DNA of 64,000 nucleotides from a virus (Duplodnaviria; Caudoviricetes): IMG/VR virus record IMGVR_UViG_3300042375_000420, positions 381 to 64,380 of that record; one strand, 5' to 3'. Shown piece by piece: positions 8,865 to 17,840 of this stretch (position 1 is its first letter; each line of letters starts with the position of its first letter). The notes under the pieces were generated by a model. It saw only the letters and a program-made list of their open reading frames with translations, ran no database searches and was not told where the DNA came from. The position numbers and the translations under genes were made by a program.

Positions 8865-10066
8865 AAATACATTTCTCAAGTTTAGGGAATTTTATTCCTG
8901 CTGACTTTAATATGACTTCTGAACATGCCAATGAATTTATTCCTTTAGTCTGTGGACAAAATATGTCAGTTAAAGATGGAATTCAATATTATTCTAAACC
9001 TTCTTTTGAAAAGCACCTTAGAAAACCAAACACTCTTAAGAATATTAAAGATGGTTTTGAGTTAGGTGGGACTACAAGAAGGATTGAAATCAATGGCAGA
9101 GTGTTCTTTATAGCAAAAGGAGTTTTCTTTTCAGAAGCAGGTGTACCTTTAATGGTATGTGCTATGAAAAAGGAAGCTTTCTTAGACCCTTTAGTCTCTA
9201 AGTTCTCTGACTTTAGAGCTGAAAATTTCTCCTACAATAATTACGTTTTATTTTATTCCACTTCTTTTTTCACTGATCCTGGTCTAACTCCTTTAAATAG
9301 GAGGCTTCAAAAAGAAATATTACAAACTTGCTATGAAAAAGGTATAGAGGTAAGAATGATTACCTCCCTAGAAATAGAGAAGAATACCTTTGCAAGATTA
9401 TTTGAAGTCAAAAAGACAAAGTCTTTGACACAATTAGAAGCCTATATGAATCAAGTATTGCCAAATTTTTTGCACACTCAAGGGGAGGACACCTTTGTAG
9501 AGCAAGAATTTGAGCCAGTAGTGATTCATAGAGAAGAACTTTCCGTAGAAGATGAAGCTCTTTTATTTGACAATGACTCAACCCCTGTTGCAGAACCTGT
9601 AGTACAAGCACCTGTTATACCTAACAGACAACTTACTTTAGAAGAAGTGATAGAAATGGCTGAGTTAGAAGCTGAAGCTGCCCAATTTGATTCTGATTTA
9701 GAATCTTCTGATGATGAAGATTATACTGAAGACTACAATGAAGATTGGGAGAATGATGAGCAAGATGAAGATGAAGAAGAGATACAAAGACATGAGGAAG
9801 CTGCCCATACAGGTTCTGAAAGAAATGTAACTATGTATATGAGTCAAGAAGCAGTAGGAGTATTTCAAGAAGCTCTTAGAGCTGAAGCTAATTCTCAATT
9901 ATCAATGCCTCATCCTGCAGACTCTTTAGTAGAAAGAATGAGACCTTTGCAAGATGCTTATAATGTGCAAATGTTACAAGCACAACAAAGAGGTCAATTA
10001 CAAGCTGAAAGAGAAGCAGTTAGGTCATGGCAATCAGTTATAGAGTTAGTTGATGATACGGAATAG
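8861..10066 (+). CDS. Hypothetical protein, globular N-domain plus long acidic tail
   Basis: ATGA overlap with the E1 stop; D/E-rich stretch around residues 270-310. Confidence 0.6.
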   Translation: MKIHFSSLGNFIPADFNMTSEHANEFIPLVCGQNMSVKDGIQYYSKPSFEKHLRKPNTLKNIKDGFELGGTTRRIEINGRVFFIAKGVFFSEAGVPLMVCAMKKEAFLDPLVSKFSDFRAENFSYNNYVLFYSTSFFTDPGLTPLNRRLQKEILQTCYEKGIEVRMITSLEIEKNTFARLFEVKKTKSLTQLEAYMNQVLPNFLHTQGEDTFVEQEFEPVVIHREELSVEDEALLFDNDSTPVAEPVVQAPVIPNRQLTLEEVIEMAELEAEAAQFDSDLESSDDEDYTEDYNEDWENDEQDEDEEEIQRHEEAAHTGSERNVTMYMSQEAVGVFQEALRAEANSQLSMPHPADSLVERMRPLQDAYNVQMLQAQQRGQLQAEREAVRSWQSVIELVDDTE

Positions 10067-10113
10067 TTCCAAAGGTATTTAAGTTTTTTATTATTAATCC
10101 TTAAAAATCTTAT

Positions 10114-10626
10114 ATGGGAATTGGAGCAACAAACAAAAGAAAGGGGAGTACAGCAGAGAGATTTTATGCCAAGTTCTTTAGAGAATTAGGATTTACTTTC
10201 TGTGAGACCTCTAGATTTGTAAGCAAAAAGCATGACAATGCTAAGATAGACTTAATGTACATTCCTTTTAATCTACAAATTAAGGCAGGTATCCAAAAGA
10301 ACATGAATCCTGGGAAGGAATTATTTATGATGGCTACCTCTATTGCAAGCATGTTTCCCCTTGAAGATGATGTTCATAATAAACCTTGTTTGCTAATTCA
10401 TTACAAGCAAGGTAAGCCTGGAGCCAGAAGGACTCCAGATATGGAAATGGTGTATATGTCTATGATACAATTTGATTTATTTAGATCTAAAAGTCCTCAA
10501 CTAGAATATTCTATGTTGAAAGATTTTAAATTTGACTTAAACTCAGAATTTAAAAGTATTGTAGGTATGACACTTGACCATTTTAAAAGTGAAGTAATCT
10601 TAAAACAATATGTAACATGTCCGTAA
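10114..10626 (+). CDS. Holliday junction resolvase-like PD-(D/E)xK nuclease
   Basis: KRKGSTAER...IDL...NLQIK pattern typical of Hjc-like phage resolvases. Confidence 0.7.
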   Translation: MGIGATNKRKGSTAERFYAKFFRELGFTFCETSRFVSKKHDNAKIDLMYIPFNLQIKAGIQKNMNPGKELFMMATSIASMFPLEDDVHNKPCLLIHYKQGKPGARRTPDMEMVYMSMIQFDLFRSKSPQLEYSMLKDFKFDLNSEFKSIVGMTLDHFKSEVILKQYVTCP

Positions 10627-11783
10627 TTGTAGCCACAAAGGAAGAAGTACAAGAGTACTATGGGTCTGATGCCTTAGGTCAGTCCAAATTAAAATTATTA
10701 TTAGGGGACTTAGGTTCCTTTCACAAAGAGTTTGACTCTTCAGCAGAACATTTTATGATAGGTTCTGCAGTAGATTGTATCTTAACTAACTCACTAGAAG
10801 CCTTTAATGAGGAATATTACATTTCAGAAGTAGATAAACTACCTTCTGAAGCTGTGATAGAAATTCTAAAGTTAGTTTATGAAGATGTACTGCAGGACTA
10901 TGCTGAGCATTTAGAAGTAATTACAGGTCAGGACAATCCTTTACCTGTTACCTCATTCCATGAGTTTGTAGGAGAACTTGGAAATTGGGGAGCTTATATT
11001 CTAGATGCTTGTGAAAAAACAGGATGGCAGCCAAGATGGGGTGCTGATGCTAAACTTAAGAATATTGTAGAACCTAGTTCTGCTTATTTCTTGGATTTAT
11101 GCTTAGGTTTTGGTAAGACTGTAATAAGTCAAACTCAAAACAACACTATCAAAAGCATAGTACATTCTTTACAATCTAATCCAAGAACAGCTAGTTTCTT
11201 TGACAGAGATTTCTATGAAGATATGCCAGACCTTACAGTGTATTATCAGTTTCCTATTTACTTTGAGTATAGAGGAGTAAACTGTAAAGCACTATTAGAT
11301 ATGGTCTTTGTTTATAGAACTGAAGAGGGAAAGATTACAGTTGTTGTAGGGGTAGATTTAAAAACTATGAATGGAAATACTTTTTATTTTCCTAGTAGTG
11401 TAAGAGCAAGAAGATATGATATCCAAGCTGCTTGGTATACTTTAGCTCTTCACAAACATTTTGCAGTTCCTGATGGTTCTGATGTGATTAAACCTTTCCA
11501 ATTTGTAGTAGAATCTACTTCATATCAAGGAAAACCTTTGAATTTTATTGTTGATTCTTCTCTTTTAAACATGGGAAGATTTGGTAAAAAAGCTCTTACT
11601 CTTGTAGATACTAATCTATTTACAGAGGGTGCTCAAAATGCCACATTACAACAAAGTGTCTTAGGATTTGAAGATTTGTTAGACCTTTATATTTATCATT
11701 CTGAGAATGGTTTTAGTGAAGAAAGACAAATCCAAGAAGCAGGTTTGAAACCATTGGTAATCAACTGGGATGGTGTTATCTAA
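10617..11783 (+). CDS. RecE/ExoVIII-like PD-(D/E)xK exonuclease
   Basis: LGQSKLK, IGSAVDC, CKALLD, VDLKT, YDIQAAWY, FQFVVES. Confidence 0.8.
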   Translation: MSVIVATKEEVQEYYGSDALGQSKLKLLLGDLGSFHKEFDSSAEHFMIGSAVDCILTNSLEAFNEEYYISEVDKLPSEAVIEILKLVYEDVLQDYAEHLEVITGQDNPLPVTSFHEFVGELGNWGAYILDACEKTGWQPRWGADAKLKNIVEPSSAYFLDLCLGFGKTVISQTQNNTIKSIVHSLQSNPRTASFFDRDFYEDMPDLTVYYQFPIYFEYRGVNCKALLDMVFVYRTEEGKITVVVGVDLKTMNGNTFYFPSSVRARRYDIQAAWYTLALHKHFAVPDGSDVIKPFQFVVESTSYQGKPLNFIVDSSLLNMGRFGKKALTLVDTNLFTEGAQNATLQQSVLGFEDLLDLYIYHSENGFSEERQIQEAGLKPLVINWDGVI

Positions 11784-12405
11784 GATAGTAAACACAGAAA
11801 TGGATATCATTGTTGGGAGACTATACATTAACAGAACTGTTAAGTATTTGGTTCCTGGTCTTGGTTTCTATGGGCCTACTTTGAAGACTAAGTTAAATCT
11901 AGTCTTCAAATTGGCTTTTGGCATACATGATACTTTGCTAACAGGTTCTCATTTAGAAGGTCAGAAGAATATTTACATTCTTATTGACAAGCTTGTGAGA
12001 CCTGATTTATTCCAAAACTTTATGGATTGGGTAAAACATCAAGAGTATTTTGTTACTGACTATGTTTATGATTCAATATTAGAAGCTCATAGTAGAAAGC
12101 ACATGATTGTGCTAGCTTATCCTCCTTCAATGGGGGATGCCTATGATAAGTTTCTATTAGGTAAGTATAGCAAGATGTACACTAAACAAGAGATTACAAG
12201 TTATTTTGCTGAAGAAGCTAAAGTTGAAACAAGGCAAGTACTAGTTAAAACAGTACATGCTAAGCATAGATTTATTTCTTTAATTAAGGCAACTTTTAAC
12301 ACTCAGTTAGAAGAACAAGACTTCTTAATAGGCTCTTGGGAGTTTGATCTCCCACCTAATGAAGAAGAAGAGTATTTTAATACTTGGAAACCTATGGGGA
12401 GCTAG
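11770..12405 (+). CDS. Hypothetical protein
   Basis: 211-aa ORF coupled to the upstream gene; contains FLLGKYSKMY; no recognisable catalytic motif. Confidence 0.6.
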   Translation: MVLSKIVNTEMDIIVGRLYINRTVKYLVPGLGFYGPTLKTKLNLVFKLAFGIHDTLLTGSHLEGQKNIYILIDKLVRPDLFQNFMDWVKHQEYFVTDYVYDSILEAHSRKHMIVLAYPPSMGDAYDKFLLGKYSKMYTKQEITSYFAEEAKVETRQVLVKTVHAKHRFISLIKATFNTQLEEQDFLIGSWEFDLPPNEEEEYFNTWKPMGS

Positions 12406-12422
12406 TCTCCCCTTAAGTTTTC
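12396..12422 (+). terminator. Putative terminator
   Basis: GGGGAG-ctagt-CTCCCC followed by TTAAGTTTT. Confidence 0.45.
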
Positions 12423-12437
12423 TACAAATTATAAACT

Positions 12438-12746
12438 ATGTGGAATTTTAGAAAAAAGGAACAATTTCCTGAACAAAAAGACTTTGTAATCTATAGAGAT
12501 TACAAACCTGCTAGAATACTTGCTATGGAAAAAAGAGGAAGAAAGTACTTCCTACTTATTGGTTGGAACCATTTAACTCATAATGGAAAAATTTATGAGA
12601 AATGGGTAAGAGCTGACCAATGTAAAGCTTATATTCCACCAGGTAAGAAGACTTTATCTGAGCAAATCTATGGGGTTATGAAACTAACTTGGTTACAAAA
12701 ATTAATTGTCAAACTTAAAAATTGGTATTATGGAAGGAAAGACTAA
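12438..12746 (+). CDS. Hypothetical protein (small basic, SH3/chromo-like beta pattern)
   Basis: PARILAMEKRGRKYFLLIGW...EKWV pattern. Confidence 0.5.
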   Translation: MWNFRKKEQFPEQKDFVIYRDYKPARILAMEKRGRKYFLLIGWNHLTHNGKIYEKWVRADQCKAYIPPGKKTLSEQIYGVMKLTWLQKLIVKLKNWYYGRKD

Positions 12747-13077
12747 ATCTTTCATGAGTGCACAAGAATTTGATATTCTTGTACAACAACGTGTACAAAA
12801 AGTACAACAGACATTAGTTGTCAAAGGTAAAGAGTATAGAAGAAACAATGACCCTCTACATAATTTTAGAGTAGGTGCAAGAGTTTCTAATAGTACTGAA
12901 GAAAAAGTACTTTGGGGATTTGCTTTAAAACATTATATATCTTTCTTAGATATTCTTAATGATATGGAAGCAGGTAATTTACCTAAAGAAGAAGTTGTAG
13001 ATGAAAAGATAGGAGATTTAATCAATTATCTAATCTTATGTGAAGCAAGTATCAAAGAAAAGATCAATAATCAGTAA
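12706..13077 (+). CDS. All-alpha NTP pyrophosphohydrolase-fold protein (nucleotide-modification-associated/dNTP diphosphohydrolase-like)
   Basis: KGKEY...DPLHNF and EKIGDLINYLIL motifs; likely start 12730. Confidence 0.6.
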   Translation: MSNLKIGIMEGKTKSFMSAQEFDILVQQRVQKVQQTLVVKGKEYRRNNDPLHNFRVGARVSNSTEEKVLWGFALKHYISFLDILNDMEAGNLPKEEVVDEKIGDLINYLILCEASIKEKINNQ

Positions 13078-13250
13078 TGGCAAATGATACCATTAAAACA
13101 ACTTTTGATAAAACTAAATATCAAGAGTTACAACATGCTTATGACTCAGCTGTGAAAGATAAAAAAGAACAATTCAATTTTTATGGAGAGGTTCTATTAG
13201 TGTCCTATGCAAAATATTTATTAGAATACCTAAAACCTTTAGTATCATGA
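13077..13250 (+). CDS. Small hypothetical protein, 57 aa (not in the ORF track)
   Basis: MANDTIKTTFDKTKYQELQHAYDSAVKDKKEQFNFYGEVLLVSYAKYLLEYLKPLVS; TAATG overlap upstream and ATGA overlap downstream fill the gap exactly. Confidence 0.7.
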   Translation: MANDTIKTTFDKTKYQELQHAYDSAVKDKKEQFNFYGEVLLVSYAKYLLEYLKPLVS

Positions 13251-13489
13251 ATCAAAAAATTAAAATTGGAAGCCTTACTGTTGATGTTTTTTTCAATGAG
13301 TATGACAAGAATCTAAAGACTAGAAAGCAAATTCCTGGTCATGAATTAACTAGACAAGATAGAGTTGCTATCAACAATGGTTTAGATGATACTGACTTTG
13401 GAGAGTTCTATAGATTTGAAGATAAGGACAAGGAAATCACTGGCATGTTCAATGTTGTAATGTCTGAAGAAGATAATGACGACTATTAA
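13247..13489 (+). CDS. Hypothetical protein
   Basis: Coupled small ORF in an array. Confidence 0.55.
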   Translation: MNQKIKIGSLTVDVFFNEYDKNLKTRKQIPGHELTRQDRVAINNGLDDTDFGEFYRFEDKDKEITGMFNVVMSEEDNDDY

Positions 13490-13661
13490 TGATTTAGTAG
13501 AGTGGGCAAAGGGAATTAAACAAAGATTCCCTAAGCACAGAGAAGAAATCTGGGACCTTATCTCTCTTTGTATAGATGAGGTTCAAGATGCTGGTTCTGA
13601 ACCTCATGAAGTACAACTATGTTATAATGACATTTGTGATTTAGTTGGAATAGATGAGTGA
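13476..13661 (+). CDS. Hypothetical protein
   Basis: Coupled small helical ORF. Confidence 0.55.
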   Translation: MTTINDLVEWAKGIKQRFPKHREEIWDLISLCIDEVQDAGSEPHEVQLCYNDICDLVGIDE

Positions 13662-13857
13662 GTTAGCTAGATTAGCCAAGAAAAGAAATTGGTCTAAGTA
13701 TAGACTAATGGGATGTAACTTTCCTAGAGAAGGGTTAACCTTAGATGAGGAAGATGAAATTGCTTTTATCCGACATAAAATACAAGAAATCTTGTCTAAG
13801 TGGGATGAAAGAAGTAGAGAATTAAATTTAGTACCTAAACAAAAAAAATTATTATGA
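13654..13857 (+). CDS. Hypothetical protein
   Basis: Coupled small ORF. Confidence 0.55.
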   Translation: MSELARLAKKRNWSKYRLMGCNFPREGLTLDEEDEIAFIRHKIQEILSKWDERSRELNLVPKQKKLL

Positions 13858-14099
13858 CACAAGTACAATTAAATAGACATGCTTTTGCAAAACACATTTT
13901 TTACAAAGGGATTTATAGACACAATAGTATAGGTTATACTTTTAACTTAACTGTAGAAGAATCTGAAAATAGTGTTCAACCTACTATCATAGTGGAATTT
14001 GACATAGAATCTAGTCTTTTACCTTTTGATTATGGTAAAGCTTTAAAAGAAATTTTAGCAATTTATTTACCTGATGGAAATCAAGAAGCAAAAGACTAA
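13854..14099 (+). CDS. Hypothetical protein
   Basis: Coupled small ORF (ATGA overlap). Confidence 0.55.
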   Translation: MTQVQLNRHAFAKHIFYKGIYRHNSIGYTFNLTVEESENSVQPTIIVEFDIESSLLPFDYGKALKEILAIYLPDGNQEAKD

Positions 14100-14919
14100 A
14101 ACTTTAGTTACCAGAGATAATAGTAGGAGCAGTGATGCCATTGCTCCTAACTTTATCTATGGTTGTCTTGGAGGGTGTATGAAGTCCTATTGTTATGTAG
14201 GTAGGTATAATCATGATAAAGTTTATATCAATGAAAATACAGAGCAAATTTTAGCATCTATTTATGCTTGGGTAGATACTAAGCCTTGGCCTAAAGAACC
14301 TAATCAAGTAGATGATACTTATTATTGTGTTGATATAGGATGTAGTACTGATGTAGCTTTACACAGTAAACACTACAATTGGCAACAGGTATTTGATTTT
14401 TTCAACAATCAATACAAAGTAAAATCAACTTTTGCTACCAAGTATCCTACTAAGTTTAAGTTAGAGGAGTACAATTTGACTCCAGGTAAACACAGGATAA
14501 GGGTAAGCCTTATGCCTCAAATGATCTCAAGTATCTTAGAACCCAATACTGACAGCATAGCTGATAGAATTGCTATGATACCTATACTCCAAACAAAAAT
14601 GGAGGTGCACATAAATTTCAGTCCTATAGTTTACTACCCTACTTGGTTAGAAGACTATGAAGAGTTATTTAAACAGCTTCAAGGTATTGATTTTAAATCA
14701 GAATGTATTTTTATGACCTATAATGTAAATCAGTTTTCTAGAAATAGTGGTGCTGTTAATTATTATTTGTGGCAACCTAGTATTCAAGAGTCTAAAAACT
14801 CTGAGTATGCTGCTGACAATATTAGGTATGAAAGACATTTTAAACAAGAAAGAATAACTGAATTTGTAGCTTTATATGTAAAATATTTTCCAATTGAAAG
14901 TATTAGATACATTTTTTAG
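14074..14919 (+). CDS. Spore photoproduct lyase (SplB)-like radical SAM protein
   Basis: IAPNFIYGCLGGCMKSYCYV (C31/C35/C40), DIGCSTD, FATKY, RIRVSLMP, VHINFSPI, C-terminal IRYIF. Confidence 0.75.
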   Translation: MEIKKQKTKTLVTRDNSRSSDAIAPNFIYGCLGGCMKSYCYVGRYNHDKVYINENTEQILASIYAWVDTKPWPKEPNQVDDTYYCVDIGCSTDVALHSKHYNWQQVFDFFNNQYKVKSTFATKYPTKFKLEEYNLTPGKHRIRVSLMPQMISSILEPNTDSIADRIAMIPILQTKMEVHINFSPIVYYPTWLEDYEELFKQLQGIDFKSECIFMTYNVNQFSRNSGAVNYYLWQPSIQESKNSEYAADNIRYERHFKQERITEFVALYVKYFPIESIRYIF

Positions 14920-14935
14920 TTTAAAGAATTTTATT

Positions 14936-14943
14936 TATATTTG
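14936..14943 (+). promoter_or_regulatory. Bacteroidota sigma-A -7 element (TATATTTG)
   Basis: Matches TAnnTTTG in the intergenic gap 21 nt upstream of GroES. Confidence 0.55.
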
Positions 14944-14964
14944 TAAACAATTAAATTTAAAAAG

Positions 14965-15273
14965 ATGAAAATCATAGGAAACAGAGTACTTGTTGAACAA
15001 ACAAGTGTCAAAAATGAGTCATTAATTATTATGACTGAGAAGAATAAAGGTTCTGATTTAATAATCACCTTTAAAGTTCTTCAATTAGGAAATGAATGTC
15101 CTAAAGGAGATGGATATGTTAAAGTAGGGGATATTCCTATCTTTAGTGAGCATGTTACTTTTAGTGGTCATAAGACTATTGATGTAACTAAAGCTCCTAA
15201 TGGAGAAGTTACCAAACTTATAGCTCACACTATTGTATTCTATGATGATATCATAGCTACAGAAAATGACTAA
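14965..15273 (+). CDS. groES: GroES/Cpn10-like co-chaperonin
   Basis: MKIIGNRVLVE, VLQLG, VKVGD, DDIIA. Confidence 0.75.
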   Translation: MKIIGNRVLVEQTSVKNESLIIMTEKNKGSDLIITFKVLQLGNECPKGDGYVKVGDIPIFSEHVTFSGHKTIDVTKAPNGEVTKLIAHTIVFYDDIIATEND

Positions 15274-15275
15274 TT

Positions 15276-16331
15276 ATGGAACAAAGAATCTATAAAAGAG
15301 ATAATAGTGGAAAGATAAGATACTTATCTATTTCTACTGAAGGCAACATTATAGTACAAGAATCTGGAGTAGTTGGGACAAATAGTCCCATCTACAATAG
15401 GAGTGCTTGTGAGGCCAAGAATATTGGAAAAGCTAATAGTACTACTCCAGAAGAACAAGCTGTCTTAGAAGCCAATTCTAAGATTACTGAGAAAATGAGA
15501 TTAGGTTATTTTGAATCTATTGCAGAAGCTCAAGAAAAAGGTGGTAAGGATTTCTTACTACCTATGTTAGCCAAAGACTATAAGAAAGAACTTAAGAAGG
15601 TAACTTACCCTTGTTATGTTCAACCTAAGTTAGATGGTATGAGATCTTTGGCTACTGAAGAAGTATTTATGTCTAGAACAGGAAAGATGATTGATACTCT
15701 TGGACATATAGATTTATCTCCTTTTGAGGACCTTATCTTAGATGGAGAGCTTTATGCTCATGGGATTTCATTTCAAGAGAATATGAAACTTATCAAAAAG
15801 TACAGAAAAGATGAAACAGAACAAGTTAAGTACCATGTATATGACATAGTTATGGATGCCCCTTTTAGTACAAGAATGGCAGCTTTATCAAACTTAAGTT
15901 TTAACTTAAACACTGCTCAAATAGAATTAGTCCCTACTTATAAAGTATATAATGAAGCTCAGATTAAAACTTGGCATGAAACTTTTATATCTAAAGGGTA
16001 TGAAGGAACTATGATAAGACACTCTGATGAAGGATATGCTGTAAACAAAAGAAGTTCTCAATTACTTAAGTACAAAGATTTCTTTGATGAAACCTTTAAA
16101 GTAATTGATATAGTACCTTCTGAGAGCAGGCCTGATCAAGGTATTGTAGTTTGTACTTCAGATAAAGGAAACTTTAATTGTGGTATGAAATTTAGTCATT
16201 TTGATAGAAAAATGATGTTAGCTATGAAAGAAGAGTACATTGGTCAAACAGCTGAAGTAAGATTCTTTGAATACACTGATGGGGGAATCCCAAGATTTCC
16301 TGTATGTGTAGGATTCAGACTTGACAAATAA
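15276..16331 (+). CDS. lig: ATP-dependent DNA ligase
   Basis: PMLA, QPKLDGMR (KxDG), LDGELY, YDIV, YEGTMIR, KRSSQLLKYK, PRFPV. Confidence 0.92.
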   Translation: MEQRIYKRDNSGKIRYLSISTEGNIIVQESGVVGTNSPIYNRSACEAKNIGKANSTTPEEQAVLEANSKITEKMRLGYFESIAEAQEKGGKDFLLPMLAKDYKKELKKVTYPCYVQPKLDGMRSLATEEVFMSRTGKMIDTLGHIDLSPFEDLILDGELYAHGISFQENMKLIKKYRKDETEQVKYHVYDIVMDAPFSTRMAALSNLSFNLNTAQIELVPTYKVYNEAQIKTWHETFISKGYEGTMIRHSDEGYAVNKRSSQLLKYKDFFDETFKVIDIVPSESRPDQGIVVCTSDKGNFNCGMKFSHFDRKMMLAMKEEYIGQTAEVRFFEYTDGGIPRFPVCVGFRLDK

Positions 16332-17023
16332 TGAAAGCAGAGTTTATAACTAAAACTCTAGAAGATGGGTCAAAAGTATCTTTTATACATTGGCCTTTAT
16401 TTGATGAATATGATATTAATTTTAAAAAACTTATTAAAATGAGTAAAATCAAAGATATCCTTGAATACCAAGGATTGGCAGCCAGAACCTGCCCAAGTTT
16501 AGGTACAGAACAAGGCCTAGATGAAAGACACATGAATTTAGGTGTCATTACTGAAGTTGGAGAAGCACTTGATATTTTCAAGAAGTTTTTAGCTTATAAA
16601 AAACCAATGGATTTGGTGAATTTAGGTGAAGAACTTGCTGATATAGCTTGGTACATTGTAAACAAGTGTAGATTTGAAAATCTTATCTTAGATGATAACT
16701 TTGATGAAGTACTTGCTGAGACCAAAGAATTGGTAGACAATAAAATGTTTACACAAGAAGGATTACCTATTGAACTTAAAGCAGAAGCTATATTGACTAT
16801 GCTATTAGTTCCTTACTGTGCTCCTGTGAGTAACATGTTTAGTGCACCAATTATCCAATTAGCTATGTTAAGTCATATTGCTTCTTGGTTTGATTTGGAC
16901 TTCTTCCAATGCCTTACTAATAACATTGAAAAGTTAAAGGTAAGATACCCAGAAAAGTTCACTGAAGAAGCTGCTCAAAATAGAGATTTAAAGGCTGAAA
17001 GAACAGAGTTAGAAAAAGAGTAA
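16331..17023 (+). CDS. MazG-like NTP pyrophosphohydrolase
   Basis: GVITEVGEALD, GEELADIAWY, NIEKLKVRYP; the true start may be 16439 (MSKIKD). Confidence 0.8.
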   Translation: MKAEFITKTLEDGSKVSFIHWPLFDEYDINFKKLIKMSKIKDILEYQGLAARTCPSLGTEQGLDERHMNLGVITEVGEALDIFKKFLAYKKPMDLVNLGEELADIAWYIVNKCRFENLILDDNFDEVLAETKELVDNKMFTQEGLPIELKAEAILTMLLVPYCAPVSNMFSAPIIQLAMLSHIASWFDLDFFQCLTNNIEKLKVRYPEKFTEEAAQNRDLKAERTELEKE

Positions 17024-17029
17024 TTAACC

Positions 17030-17067
17030 AAAATGTCAAGTTTTTTACACAGAAAACTTGACATTTT
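17030..17067. terminator. 15-bp perfect inverted repeat (terminator or operator)
   Basis: AAAATGTCAAGTTTT-ttacacag-AAAACTTGACATTTT. Confidence 0.55.
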
Positions 17068-17081
17068 TAAATCAATTTGTT

Positions 17082-17840
17082 ATGACTGATCAAGACATAC
17101 AAGAGTTAAAAGAAGGTTGGAATAAACTTAAAACTGTTTTATTAGTAATTTTAATATTAATACTAATAATCTTTTTAATGAGAGGATGTAAAGCTGAACA
17201 GCAACTAGCATCAAATGATACTATGAATGTAGCATTAAAAGATAGTCTAAAGACTTGGAAAGACAAAGAAGGCAACTTTAAAGCTAATATTACCTTGCTT
17301 GAAAATCAGAACTCACAGTACTTTACTAATTGGACTAGTGCAGATAGTACTGTAGCTAAGTTACAGAAGCTTGTAAAGAAGTATGAGGCTAAGATTAAGC
17401 ATGGAGGCAGTGTGACAACTATTGGAACTGATGCAAAGATAGATATTGTAGCTCCCAGCCAGGCATCTGGTTTCACCACAGTACATGACACAGTTTATGC
17501 TAACTACAAATCTGACTTTAATATTAAAGGTTGGGTTTGGGGAACAGTCTCTGCTACCAAAGATAGTACTACAATTGGAATGAGGTTTAAAGAAGAGATT
17601 GATGTAATTATAGGAACTGAAAAAACAGGTTTCTTAGGTTTAGGAAAAGGGAGACCTTTTGCTGAAGTAACTCTTCATAATCCTTTCAATACAGTAAGTA
17701 CTCTTAGAGCTTATAGTAATAAACCTGCTCCTGCTAAAAGATTTGGAATTGGACCTGTAGTTGCTTATGGTATTGGACCAGGTTTTATACCAGGAGTCTT
17801 TGTAGGTGTAGGAGTTAATTGGAATATTATTAAACTGTAA
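17082..17840 (+). CDS. Membrane-anchored coiled-coil protein, spanin-like candidate
   Basis: N-terminal TM (VLLVILILILIIFL) then MRGC, coiled coil, and Gly/aromatic-rich C-terminal beta segment; ATG 17082 preferred over TTG 17058. Confidence 0.5.
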   Translation: MTDQDIQELKEGWNKLKTVLLVILILILIIFLMRGCKAEQQLASNDTMNVALKDSLKTWKDKEGNFKANITLLENQNSQYFTNWTSADSTVAKLQKLVKKYEAKIKHGGSVTTIGTDAKIDIVAPSQASGFTTVHDTVYANYKSDFNIKGWVWGTVSATKDSTTIGMRFKEEIDVIIGTEKTGFLGLGKGRPFAEVTLHNPFNTVSTLRAYSNKPAPAKRFGIGPVVAYGIGPGFIPGVFVGVGVNWNIIKL

